A stretch of DNA of 64,000 nt from the NCBI GenBank assembly GCA_030446545.1, contig JAUJNB010000012.1:8913-72912 (forward strand). Direction: 5' to 3'. Position numbers and translations under genes: made by a program. Numbering within the stretch: the first letter of the stretch is position 1; the number at the start of each line of letters is the position of its first letter. This DNA comes from Acidimicrobiales bacterium. Lineage in GTDB: Bacteria > Actinomycetota > Acidimicrobiia > Acidimicrobiales > CADCSY01. The notes below the pieces were generated by a model. It had not been told where the DNA came from. It made no database searches and saw only the letters and a list, made by a program, of their open reading frames with translations. This document shows, piece by piece, positions 1 through 10,169 of the stretch.

Positions 1-667
1 TGCGATCTGGACCCGCAAGCCAACGCTTCGACCGGCCTCGGCATCAATCCTCGTGACGTCGCCGCATCGATGTACGACGTGATGCTCAACGACCTCCCTC
101 TGGACGACTGCATCGAACCGTCCTCGGTGCGGAACCTCTTCGTGGCCCCCGCCAGCCTCGATCTGGCCGGCGCGGAGATCGAGCTGGTTCCGGCCTTCAG
201 CCGGGAGTTGCGACTCCGGCGGGCGCTGCAACAGGTCATCGACGATTACGACTTCGTCCTCATCGACTGTCCTCCTTCCCTGGGGCTGCTCAGTGTCAAC
301 GGGTTGGCCGCCGCCGATGAAGTGGTGGTGCCGGTCCAGTGCGAGTACTACGCCCTGGAGGGCCTGGGCCAGCTCCTGCGCAACGTCGCCCTGGTGCAGA
401 AGAACCTCAACCCTGCCTGGAGCTGACCGCCATCATCTGTGTCATGTACGACGCCCGCACCAAGCTGTCCAGCCAGGTGGTGCGCGACGTTCGCCGGCAC
501 TTTGGAGACAAGGTGTGCCAGAACGTGGTCCCCGAACCATCCGGCTCTCGGAGGCTCCCTCCTTCGGACAGCCCATCATCGCTTTCGACCCCACCTCCCG
601 GGGCGCCATCGCCTACCGTGAGCTGGCCAAGGAGGTGAGTGGTGGCACGCCGCGGCGGGCTGGGTAG
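1..667 (+). CDS. parA: ParA/Soj chromosome-partitioning ATPase. The 5' end lies outside the window. Two apparent frameshifts near 415 and 535.
   Basis: Three frames (70-426, 339-638, 293-667) read in canonical ParA order: [30 protein letters not shown] / [17 protein letters not shown] / [17 protein letters not shown]. The shift near 415 is one missing C in a C-run. Confidence 0.9.
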
Positions 668-1570
668 GGGCCTGGGGGCCCTGATCCCGGCCGAGGGCTC
701 CGACGCCACCACGTCGGTGCTCCGGGAGATGGCGGTCGGAAGCATCAGCGCCAACGTCAACCAGCCGCGGAACCGCTTCGACGAGGAGGCGCTGTCCTCG
801 TTGGTGGCTTCGGTGCGGGAGTTGGGCGTGTTGCAGCCGATTCTCGTGCGCCCCTGGAGGACGGCTCCTACGAGCTCATCGCTGGAGAGCGACGGTGGCG
901 GGCCGCCAAACGGGCCGGGTTGGCCACCATCCCCGCCGTGGTACGAGCGGTTGACGATGTGTCCTCGCTGGAGCAGGCGGTGGTGGAGAACCTGCATCGC
1001 CAAGACCTGAACCCGCTTGGAAGAGGCGGCGGCCTACCAACAGCTGGTGGAGGACTTCGGCTACACCCACGACCAGCTTGCCCGCCGGGTGGGCAAGAGC
1101 CGAGCCGCAGTGAGCAACACGCTGCGGCTCTTCCAGCTCCCGCCGTCGATCCAGCGCCAGGTGGCGGAGGGACAGGTCTCCGCTGGCCACGCCCGGGCCC
1201 TCCTCGGGACACCCGATCGCATGTTCCAGGAGATGTTGGCCCGCCGGGTGGTGACCGAAGGTCTCTCCGTGCGGGCCGTGGAGGAGGCCGTCCGGGGCCA
1301 CGGAGCACCCCCGTCGCTGCCCGACCCGTCCTCTCCCGCTGCCTGCCCGGCCAGCCCACCAGGGCGACCGGCGCCTCCAAGCTCCGCGACCCGGGCATGC
1401 ACGAGCTGGAGGAGTTGCTCTCCGAGCACCTGGCCACCACCGTGCACGTGGAGGAGGGCGCCAAGCGGGGCCGCATCGTGATCGAGTTCGCCGACCTGGC
1501 CGACCTGGAACGCATCTACCGGGCCATGACCGAGGGGCTATGGCCGGGCCAGGTCCGTCACCACCTCTAG
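639..1570 (+). CDS. parB: ParB/Spo0J partition protein (several apparent frameshifts)
   Basis: [12 protein letters not shown]-terminus, [44 protein letters not shown], and the HTH segment [26 protein letters not shown], read across frames 639-1010, 920-1570 and 1017-1481. An AAGGAGG lies 5 nt upstream of the GTG at 639. Confidence 0.9.
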
Positions 1571-1651
1571 CGACCCGCCGGACTGTCGGGGTTACGTTGT
1601 CCACAGATGTGCAGAACGTTGTGACGACAGCGCCGGGAACGCTGTCGGGAA

Positions 1652-1971
1652 CTAGAGGAAGGCGGCCAGCTCGGTTTCCAGGTCGCTCTTGCTCTTGGCC
1701 CCGACGATCCGGGCCTTGGGTTGGCCGTCCTGGAAGACCAGCCATGTGGGGATGCTCATGACTTGGAAGCGGCGCCCGGTCTCGGGATTCTCGTCCACGT
1801 TGAGCTTGGCCACCCGCACCTTGCCGGCGTGGTCTTCGGCGATCTGGTCCAGGATGGGCCGATCTTCTTGCACGGACCGCACCACTCGGCCCAGAAATCG
1901 ACGATGACCGGCTCGCTGGCGGAGCCGATCTCCTCGTCGAACGTGGCATCGGACAAGCTGAGTGTGGGCAT
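1652..1971 (-). CDS. trxA: Thioredoxin (one apparent frameshift near 1870)
   Basis: [29 protein letters not shown] (WCGPC active site) in one frame, continuing as [38 protein letters not shown] in ORF 1652-1885. Confidence 0.9.
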
Positions 1972-1984
1972 GGGACCTCCTGGG

Positions 1985-3030
1985 TCAGGTGGGGGCTGGC
2001 GGGGGGCTCGGCCCCCTCGGTTGTGGTCCCTCACCAGTTGGTCGTGGTGTCTCGGCCACGTCGGGAGGTGCGTCGCCTTGGGCCTCGAGCCACCGTTCGG
2101 CGTCGATGGCCGCCATGCAGCCCGAGCCCGCAGCCGTGATCGCCTGGCGATAGGTGTGGTCCTGGACGTCGCCGGCCGCAAACACGCCCTCGACGTTGGT
2201 GTAGCTGCTGTCCGGCCTGGTCACCAGGTACCCACCGTCGTCCCTGTCGAGAATGCCCCGGAACAGGTCGGTGTTGGGGCGGTGGCCGATGGCGATGAAC
2301 ATGCCGGTGACCTCCAGCAGCTCGCTCTCCCCGGTCTTGACGTTGCGCAGGCGGGCCCCTTCGAAGGCGCCGTCGCCGACCAGGTCCTCGACGACGGTAT
2401 CCCAGCGAAAGGCGATCTTTTCGTTTTTGAAAGCTCGCTCCTGCATGATCTTTGAGGCACGAAGCTCGTCACGACGGTGGATGACGGTGACGGTGTCGGC
2501 GAACTTGGTGAGGAACAGGGCCTCTTCGAGGGCGGAGTCGCCTCCGCCGACCACGGCGATGCTCGAACCCTGGTGGAAGAAGCCGTCGCACGTGGCGCAG
2601 GTGGACAGGCCCCGGCCCATCAGGCGGTTCTCCGCCTCCAGGCCGAGCATGATGGAGCGGGCGCCGGTGCTGACGACGACGGCCGACGCCCGATACGTGG
2701 GCTCGGCACCGTCGGGGTCGCCCACCCAGATGCCGAAGGGTCGAGAGGAGAAGTCGATCTTGGAGGCCTTCTCCACCACCAACTCGGCGCCGAAGCGGGC
2801 GGCCTGGGAGCGGAACGTGGCCATCAGCTCGGGGCCCATGATGCCCTCCTCGAACCCGGGGTAGTTCTCCACCTCGGTGGTCAACATGAGCTGTCCCCGG
2901 GCTGGTCACTGGTGGAGGACGGTTCTCCCTCCAAGACCAGAGGGGCCAGGTTTGCTCGAGCGCTGTAGATGGCGGCGGTCAGGCCGGCTGGCCCCGAGCC
3001 GATGATCACCACGTTGCGGACTTGACTCAT
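1985..3030 (-). CDS. trxB: Thioredoxin-disulfide reductase (one apparent frameshift near 2893)
   Basis: The N-terminus [22 protein letters not shown] (FAD GxGxxG) reads from the ATG at 3030. ORF 1985-2887 carries [18 protein letters not shown] and GVFAAGD. The shift is GGGG where GGGGG is needed. Confidence 0.95.
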
Positions 3031-3034
3031 GTGT

Positions 3035-3508
3035 TCACGCCTTCACGGTCTTGACGGTTCGCTTCCTCCACAGGAACAGCCCGCCCACGGTAAAGATTCC
3101 ACCGGCCAGGGCGTGGGCCGTCCAGACCGCCCCGGGGATGAGCAGGTCGAGGATGCGCACCAGACCCACGGCTCCCAGCACGGCGGCGGCCACACCGACG
3201 ATGGCTGCCACCAGCCCGTAGACCAGACCACGGGCCAGGGTCTCCAGGGGCTCGGCGGTCTTGGAGCGGATCTTGGCCACCACCCGCTCGATGGCATCGG
3301 CGGTCTGGGTGGCCCAATCCTCGCCTGGACCGGCGGCCGACGTGGAGGCGAAGGAGGTGGAAGAGTCGGAGGCGCCACTCGCGGGACGCTCGGCGCCGCC
3401 GTACCCGGCGTTGGCGATCGGGCCCCGGCGGGGAAGAAGGGCCGGCGCGGCGCTGTGGCCGACCCCGGTCGCCCCCAAGCGCGCCGGGTCGGAACCCGTC
3501 GCTGCCAT
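3035..3508 (-). CDS. Hypothetical membrane protein (two C-terminal TM helices)
   Basis: Intact 157-aa ORF with high third-position GC. Hydrophobic segments [23 protein letters not shown] and [15 protein letters not shown]. Lies immediately upstream of trxB. Confidence 0.5.
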   Translation of the reverse strand: MAATGSDPARLGATGVGHSAAPALLPRRGPIANAGYGGAERPASGASDSSTSFASTSAAGPGEDWATQTADAIERVVAKIRSKTAEPLETLARGLVYGLVAAIVGVAAAVLGAVGLVRILDLLIPGAVWTAHALAGGIFTVGGLFLWRKRTVKTVKA

Positions 3509-3531
3509 GGCCCCGAGCCTACCCTGGCTCG

Positions 3532-3900
3532 GTGAAACGAATCTTGCCCGTCCTCGCCGGCGCCGCCGTGGCCGCCTTGGGTGCGCTGATCGTGGGCGAA
3601 TACGAGCTCGAGGGAGTCATCCCCGTGCTCGCCGGGCTGGTCCTGGGCGTGCTGGTCTCAGAGGCGGTGGCCCTGGGCGGCCAATGGCGGGGTTGGGTCC
3701 CGGCCGGCGTGGCCGGGGCGCTGGCCGCCGCCGGCATGCTCTGGGGAGGTTGGATCGATTCCGGCGAGGGCCTGGAACCCTTCCCGGCGCTCGCCTGGCT
3801 GGGAGCGTCGGTGGCCGCCCTGACCGCTGGGGCCCGGGCCCGTGGTCCTCGGGCCCGTTCGCCGCCGGTCGTCGCCGCCCCCCGTGCCGTTGCGTTGTGA
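3532..3900 (+). CDS. Hypothetical multi-pass small membrane protein
   Basis: Intact 122-aa ORF made almost entirely of hydrophobic helices (ILPVLAGAAVAALGALIV, VIPVLAGLVLGVLV, AGVAGALAAAGMLWGGW). Confidence 0.45.
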   Translation: MKRILPVLAGAAVAALGALIVGEYELEGVIPVLAGLVLGVLVSEAVALGGQWRGWVPAGVAGALAAAGMLWGGWIDSGEGLEPFPALAWLGASVAALTAGARARGPRARSPPVVAAPRAVAL

Positions 3901-3956
3901 CCCCTGTGGGGAGGATGACAGGGCAGCGGAAGTGCGTGGCGGCCGGTCTGCTGGTG

Positions 3957-4994
3957 TCAGGCCGCGGCCGACGCCAGCCGGCGCAATCCTCGGCGGCCAG
4001 GACGAGGCACCTCCATCGTCCGCCTCGAGGGCCAGCCTGGGCGCCGAAGCCGAGGACGAGCACGTCCACCCCGTCGAGGCGTGCTCGGGCCATGTAGACG
4101 AGGGGGCCGTGACCGGCTCTCGTTCCCGGGCGGCCACCTCGCACCGCCCGACGGGCTCATCGGCGGTGCCGGTGCTGTGTCGGCCTGTGAGGCTGGACGT
4201 CGCCTGTTCGAAGCGCCGGCCGAGGCGGCCTCGGGCCGAGCGCCCCGCCGGCGCCGGACCGGGGCAGGGTTCAGGTCCGTGCCGATCGGGGAGGGCTGGT
4301 CCGACTCGTCGAGGCGCTCGGCCAGGCTGATCATCGAGCTCGCCGCGCCCGAGATGGGGTCGAGGCCTCGGGCCATCGGCGAGGTCGCCCTGGTCGAGGT
4401 CCCCCAGGTCGCCGCCGTCGAGGGGACGGGGCCCAGCCGGCGATCGAGGCCGCGGCACCCGACGCCTCCTCGGCCGAACTGGCGGCCTGGTCCTGACCAC
4501 CCGACCGGCCCGGACGGCCGTCCACGAGGGGCACGGCCAGGGCCAGGGCCGCCACTGCGGCCGCCGCCGCCCACCCCACGACCTGGCCCCGCGGGCGGGC
4601 GACGCTGGCCCAGCACGATCACGTCGCCGGGCCGTCGGGGCCGGCGACGCCGTGGGCCCCGTCCTCGCCCTCGGCCCCGGAGCCCCGGGTCCTTCCCGGC
4701 GACCCCGGCCCCGGTCGTCACCGCTCCCGGCGACCCCGGCCCCGCCCCCCGGCGGCGGCGGCGGCAGCGCGCCACCGCCGCTCGGCGGCGTTCGCCGGCC
4801 ACCGGCTCGACCGGGGCGGCCACCGCCAGGGCCACCACCCGGAAGCGCTCGAGGCGGGCCGAGCATTCGGAGCAGGAACGGGCGTGGGCGGCCTCATCGG
4901 CTCCGGCCTCCTCGTCGAGGACGGCGTTGAGCGCTTCGTCGTCGAGGTGGACGCCGCCGGGCACGGGCTCGTCGGACACGGTTTCGTCGGACAC
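3957..4994 (-). CDS. Anti-sigma factor (zf-HC2 type, single TM). Many apparent frameshifts and uncertain boundaries.
   Basis: GTG at 4994 follows GAGGAG. The N-terminus HLDDEALNAVLDEE..HARSCSECSARLERF is a zinc-finger anti-sigma motif. A TM helix WAAAAAVAALALAVPLV appears in a third frame near 4530-4580. The gene sits directly downstream of the ECF sigma. Confidence 0.5.
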   Translation of the reverse strand: MSDETVSDEPVPGGVHLDDEALNAVLDEEAGADEAAHARSCSECSARLERFRVVALAVAAPVEPVAGERRRAAVARCRRRRRGAGPGSPGAVTTGAGVAGKDPGLRGRGRGRGPRRRRPRRPGDVIVLGQRRPPAGPGRGVGGGGRSGGPGPGRAPRGRPSGPVGWSGPGRQFGRGGVGCRGLDRRLGPVPSTAATWGTSTRATSPMARGLDPISGAASSMISLAERLDESDQPSPIGTDLNPAPVRRRRGARPEAASAGASNRRRPASQADTAPAPPMSPSGGARWPPGNESRSRPPRLHGPSTPRRGGRARPRLRRPGWPSRRTMEVPRPGRRGLRRLASAAA

Positions 4995-5001
4995 GGTCTC
5001 C

Positions 5002-5787
5002 TCACCGGTTTTCGGCGGGTGTCGCCGCCATCGGCTCGGGGGGTCCATGGTCGATGGTTGGACGATCGGCGGGACTCGGTTCCCTGAATCGATCAGATCG
5101 GCCAGCCGGGCCCGGCCTCTGGAGATCCGGGATCGGACGGTCCCGGCGGGGATGTCGAGGATCTCGGCGATGGCGGCGTAGTCGTAGCCGCACACGTCTC
5201 GCAGGACGACGGCGGCCCGGACCTCGGGAGCCAGTTGGGCCAGGGCGGCATCGAGGTCCAGGCGGACCACGACGGTGTCGGCGCCGTCGGTGGAACGCCG
5301 TCCGCCCGGCCGAGGAACGACCGGTGGCGTCATCGGTCTCGGCCCACGGACGTGGGGCGCCGGGCCCGTCGGCGCAGCTCGTCGAGGCAGGCGTTGGTGG
5401 CCACCCGGTGGGCCCAGGTGGCGAAGGACGAGCGACCGTCGAAGGTCGCAGGCCCCGGACCACGGCGATCAGGGCCTCCTGGGTGGCGTCGTCGGCGTCG
5501 GCCTCGTTGCCGCACATGCGCCGGCACAAGGCCCGGAGGCGGTCGTGGTGACGGTGCAACAGTGTCCAGGGCCTCCCGGTCGCCGGCCTGGGCCGCCGCC
5601 ACCAGCACCCGGTCGTCGTCGACCGGCCCCTCGGCCAGGCCGTGGGCGGCCTGGGATCCAGGCCCCCATCCGGGGCCGGCGGAGGAAGCGGGGCGTCGGA
5701 ACCGGCGACGATGAGGGAGGCACGTCTGCGGTGTCGGCGGGGAAGCGAGCCGGGCGTGGCCACGGCTCGGACCTCTTGCTCAGCCAC
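5002..5787 (-). CDS. ECF (SigM-like) RNA polymerase sigma factor (apparent frameshifts)
   Basis: Region 2 reads VLVAAAQAGDREALDTLLHRHHDRLRALCRRMCGNEADADDATQEALI and FATWAHRVATNACLDELRRR. Region 4 reads LAPEVRAAVVLRDVCGYDYAAIAEILDIPAGTVRSRISRGRARL. The position next to trxB/trxA matches the actinobacterial sigM locus. Confidence 0.75.
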   Translation of the reverse strand: MAEQEVRAVATPGSLPRRHRRRASLIVAGSDAPLPPPAPDGGLDPRPPTAWPRGRSTTTGCWWRRPRPATGRPWTLLHRHHDRLRALCRRMCGNEADADDATQEALIAVVRGLRPSTVARPSPPGPTGWPPTPASTSCADGPGAPRPWAETDDATGRSSAGRTAFHRRRRHRRGPPGPRCRPGPTGSRGPGRRRPARRVRLRLRRHRRDPRHPRRDRPIPDLQRPGPAGRSDRFREPSPADRPTIDHGPPEPMAATPAENR

Positions 5788-7371
5788 CGGCGGTGCGGAC
5801 CTCGACGCCGCCGACCGCCGCCGAGAACCGAGGGCCCACGGTGCCGTCGCCCAGGTCGGTGATCCACACCAGCACCGCTCCGCCCGCCCGGCCGTCCAGG
5901 TCGAAGGTGGCGTCCCCGTCGATGCCCTCGGCGGTGTCCACGGGATCGCCCCATCCGCTCAGGTCGACGGCGGGACGCGTCGGCCACGTACACGCTGGCG
6001 GCCCAACCGCTGGTGGGTGAGTCGACTTCCAGCTCGCCCAGTTCGACCACCTGGGCCAGGCTGAGGACGAAGCCGACCCCGGGTTTGAGACCACCGAGGT
6101 TGCGACCTCGGTACTCCTCGGTGGTCCACACCGTCGCCGGATCGCCATCGAGAATGTTGGCCAGCTCGTCGTCGTGCTCGCCACCGGAGCCGAAGGGATC
6201 GAACGAGTCCACCTCGGTCACTCCCAGGGCTTCCCGCCTGCTCCCGGGCCGCGCGCCTCCACCACGTCGAAGAGATCCTGGCCCATGTCGGTGCGGCCGA
6301 CCAGGACCGCCACCACCCCGAGCGTGGCCGCCACCACCACGATGAGGGCCGCCGGGACCAACCACGTCGCTCGGTGTGGGCCGACCGGGGCGCCGGCCGT
6401 GGAGGGGCGCGCCTCGGCGATCAGGCGTCGGACTGGGCCGTGGCGGGCTCGGACGACGGCCCGGCGGGACCCGCCGAGGACGGGGACACCGAGGTGGCGT
6501 CGGCCCCTGACCCGGCCACCGTGTGGTCGTCGGCCGGCTCCAGCTTGCGCAGGTCGATCTGTTCCAGGGCCGCTCGGAGGGCGGCGGCCGAGGCGTAGCG
6601 GTCCCCCGGGCGACGAGCCATGGCCCGCATCACGATCTCCTCGAGGGCCCGGGGGATGCCGGCTCTGACCTGGCGCAGGCGCAGGGGTTGGGAGGTGAGC
6701 CGGGCGACGGCCGTGGTGGTGGCGTTGTCCTCCGTCGAAGGGGGGTCGGCCGCACAGCATCTCGTAGAGCACGACGCCGACGGCGTAGACGTCGGAGCGA
6801 GCGTCGAGGGGCGTTCCCTCCACCTGTTCGGGGGAGAGGTACTTGGCCGTGCCTACGACCTGGCCCACTTCGGTCAGGTCGGCGCCCCCCTCGGCCGCCT
6901 TGGCGATGCCGAAATCGGCCACCAGCACCCGACCGTCGTCGGAGAGCAGGATGTTGCCCGGCTTGACGTCACGGTGGACCAGGCCGTTGCGGTGGGCGTG
7001 CTCGAGGGCGTCGGCCACCTGGACGGCGATCTCGACGGCCCGGTTCGGATGGAGATGGCCCTGGTCGTCGAGGAGCTGGCGCAGCGTGGCGCCCCGGACC
7101 AGCTCCATGACGATGGCCTCCACGTCGCCCTCGCTGCAGGTGTCGTAGATGGAGACGATGTGGGGGTCGGAGAGGCGGGCGGCGGAGATGGCCTCCCGGC
7201 GGAAACGGGCGACGAAGGCCTTGTCGGCGGCCAGGTGGGGCAGGAGGATCTTGACCGCCACCGGGCGGGTCAGGACCTCGTCGACGGCCTCCCAGACCTC
7301 GGCCATCCCCCCTGGGCCAGCCGGGCGACGAGTCGGTAGCGCCCGACGATGCGGGCGCCGGGAGCCATCAT
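5780..7371 (-). CDS. Transmembrane Ser/Thr protein kinase with a discoidin-like extracellular domain (apparent frameshifts)
   Basis: Start MMAPGARIVGRYRLVARLAQGGMAEVW. Catalytic motifs VAVK, HRDVKPGNILL, DFGIAK, GTAKYLSPEQ. TM helix LVPAALIVVVAATLGVVAVLV. The ectodomain ILDGDPATVWTTEEYRGRNLGGLKPGVGFVLSL ends at the stop at 5780. Confidence 0.85.
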
Positions 7372-7469
7372 CGCCGGCGGGGTGGGGGTGGGGGTGGGTG
7401 AGGATCCAACACGTCGCCTCTCACCGTACTGTCCGGGAGGCGGACCCCGCCGGGCCGACTTGGCGGAAC

Positions 7470-8319
7470 GTCGACTATCCGGTCTCACTTCCTGGAAGGT
7501 CGCCCCCATGACCCGGGGTCCGGCGTGGGCGCCGATGGTGGCCCCGATCTCGCCCACGTGGATGCGCTCCCGGGGACAGATGGGGGCGAGGAGGTCGAGG
7601 AACTGCTCCACGTCCGACGCACCCCCGTGCATCACCGCCAGGTTCTCCACCGCACCGTGACTGGCGACCCGCTCGGCCAGGAAGCGCAAGGCTTTGCTGC
7701 GGGTGCGGGGCTTGCCTGCCTCCTCCACCTCGCCGGAGCTGACGTCGATCACCGGCTTGATCGACAACAAGTTGCCCACCAGGGCCTGGGCCCCGCCGAT
7801 CCGCCCGCCCTTCTTGAGGTTCTCGAGGGTGTCGAGGGCGCAGTAGACGTGGGTGCGGGCGACCATGTCCTCCACCAGGGCCACGATCTCCTCGAGACCA
7901 GCCCCGTCGGCGGCGGCCCGGGCGGCGGCCACCACCTGGCTGCCCAGGCCCCAGCTCACCGACCGGGAGTCGATCACCCGCACGTCGCCGGCGCCTTCGA
8001 GGGCGTCGACGGCGTTGCGGGCCGACTGCATGGTGGCCGACAGGCTGGAGGAGATGTTGACGCACACCACCGTGTCGGCGCCGGCGTCGAAGAGCGAGCG
8101 GAAGGCCACCTCGAAGGCGCCCGGTGACGGTGCAGCCGTCTCGGGCAGCGTCGGCGAGGCGGCCAGCTTGGCGTAGAAGGCGGCCGGCGTCAGGTCCAGA
8201 CGGTCGACGTACTCGGTGTCGCCGAAGCGGATCGACAGGGGAACCACCTCGACACCCAGCTCAGCGGCCATCTCGTCCGGTAGGTCACAGGCACTGTCGC
8301 TCACCACACGTACGGCCAC
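7470..8319 (-). CDS. DegV-family fatty-acid-binding protein. The 3' end is uncertain because no in-frame stop occurs before the kinase start.
   Basis: GTG at 8319 preceded by GGGAGGA. Sequence VRVVSDSACDLP..VVPLSIRFGD..TAAPSPGAF..VCVNISSSLSATMQSA..LDTLENLKKGGRIG..IGAHAGPRVMG is a typical DegV fold sequence. Confidence 0.8.
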
Positions 8320-8375
8320 GGGGTCCTCCCTCCTCGACGACACGAGTATGGCCGACGTCGTGGCCGAGGCGAACC

Positions 8376-10135
8376 TCAGCGTCGCCCCCGGACCCGCCGC
8401 CGGACGCCGTGCAGGCCCCGGCGCGCCACCGCCACCAGGGCCGCGACCTCGGGCAGGCCCAGGCGGGCACCGGCGGCCAGGTAGGCCAGGGCGGTGGGAC
8501 CGCCGCTGAGCACCAGCGCCACCGGTGGTGGGAGGTCGCCGGCCAAGGTGGTGACCAGGGCCCGGCAACCGGTCGCCACCGCCGTGGCCAGGGCGCCGGC
8601 CGCCAGCACCCCACCCAGGCGGCTGCCCCCCAGGCGGAGCGGACCGAGCCGGGCGCCCAGGCGGCGCCGGAGCAGGGCCAGCTCCCCCAGGCGCCGGCGG
8701 CCCCGGCCAGGGCCAGGCCGACGGCACCCAGGCGCAGGGCGGCCGTGGTGGCGTCGCGCAGCTCGGCCGGTAGCGGGCCCAGGGCCGGGAGGTCGCCCAC
8801 CTGGTCGAGCCCGGCCGGCCCGGGGCCCACGAGGGCCACCCGGTCGAGTTGGAACATCAAGACCACGCCCAACAACGTCGTCAGCGCCACCCGGGCGGCG
8901 GCGATGGTGGCGGGGGAGCGGGTGTCACCCAGGGCGTACAGCCCGCTCTGGAGGAGACGACTGGCGGTGGTGGCCACCAGGCCCAGGCTGAGGGCGCCGA
9001 GCACGTACCAGACCAGGCGGGTGTCGTCGGCGCCGAAACGCCCGGTCTGGAGCAGGGTGGCCACCACCAGGTCACCCAGCACCAGGTAGGCGGCGGTGGT
9101 GGGCACCACGTAGAAGGCCACCCGCCCCAGCCCGTCCTCGAGCCGGGCCTGAAGGGCCCCTCCTGGCCGGCTGCGCCGGGGACGGTCATCAGCTGCACCG
9201 TGGGGAGCACCCGGGTTGGGAGCACCAGGGTCGGGATCGCCCAGGCGGCTGAGCTCGGGGAGCTCGGCGGCGGCCACGCTCATGCCGAAGAGGCTGATGG
9301 GGAGGATGTAGAAGACCTGGGCGTAGCCCAGAGCGGCCACGGCGCCGGTGGCGAGGAAGCTGGCCAGGAACAGGTCGAGGTAGGCCGAGAGCTGGACCAC
9401 GCCCCGGCCGGCGACGGCGGGGCCGAAGCGACGGGCCACGGTGCGCACCCCGGGTCGGCGGAGGCTGAGCGTGAGGCGCAACGGGCGCACGAGGGAGCGC
9501 ACCGCCGACGCCTGGAGGCCGAGCTGGAGGAAGGCCCCGGCCACGGCCCCCAGGCCAGGGCCACGGCCAGCGACGACACGTCGAAGCCACGGGCGGCGGC
9601 GGCGACCAGCACGGCGATCTGGGCGGCGTTCCACAGCACGGGGGCCACGTAGGACAAGAAGAAGCGCCGGTGGCTGTTGAGCACGCCCAGGCACCAGGCC
9701 GACAGCACGAGCAGGCCGATGCCGGGGGTGAGGATGCGTACGAGGGTCACGGTGAGCTCGAAGCGCTCGCCGGTGAACCCACCGGCCAGCACGGTGGTGA
9801 GCGGGCGGGCGAAGACCACCCCGACGACCACGAGCAGGGCGGAGGCGGCGGTGAGCAGCCCGGCGATGGCGCCGGCCACGCGTCCCGCCTCCTCCTCCTC
9901 GCCCTCGGCCAGCAGGCGGGCGTAGACGGGGATGAACGAGGCCGAGAGCACCCCTTCGCCCAGCAGGTTCTGCAGGAGGTTGGGGATCCTCAGGGCGGCC
10001 CGGAAGGCGTCGACGGCGAAGCCCGTGCCCAGGTGGGCGGCGATGACCCGCTCCCGCACCAGCCCGGCCAGGCGGCTGAGCAGGATGCCGGCGCCCACCA
10101 ACGCCGAGGATCGGCGGGGTGAGGGACGCCGGTGG
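8376..10135 (-). CDS. murJ: Lipid II flippase MurJ/MviN (apparent frameshifts, start uncertain)
   Basis: GAGILLSRLAGLVRERVIAAHLGTGFAVDAFRAALRIPNLLQNLLGEGVLSASFIPVYA is the MurJ N-terminal signature. TM helices run through ORFs 9280-10101, 8285-9694 and 8376-8609. Confidence 0.9.
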
Positions 10136-10169
10136 AGGTGGTCACGGGGCGCTCGTCACCCGGTTGCGG

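Noticed and set aside
1597-1605. A perfect actinobacterial DnaA box (TTGTCCACA) between parB and trxA. Two DnaA-box-like 9-mers (CTATCCACA and CTGTCCACC on the minus strand) also lie at 63880-63896 upstream of dnaB.
   Set aside because: These are isolated boxes without an AT-rich unwinding element or a box cluster, and dnaA/dnaN are not in the window. This is insufficient evidence for an origin, although a regulatory DnaA site cannot be excluded.
3957-5333. A single 458-aa ORF that appears to fuse sigma-factor region 4 to the anti-sigma zinc finger.
   Set aside because: An alternative frame gives a sigma stop at 5002-5004. A GTG at 4994 preceded by GAGGAG gives a separate anti-sigma start. 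The apparent fusion is most likely created by a nearby indel.
7270-8727. A 485-aa ORF with a Pro/Gly/Arg-rich N-terminal extension upstream of DegV and a C-terminal read-through into the kinase start.
   Set aside because: The DegV homology starts at the GTG at 8319, which has its own RBS. The upstream part overlaps the murJ 3' end out of frame. The missing stop before the kinase ATG (7371) is probably another indel, because TGA and TAG codons lie in the other frames at about 7470-7480.
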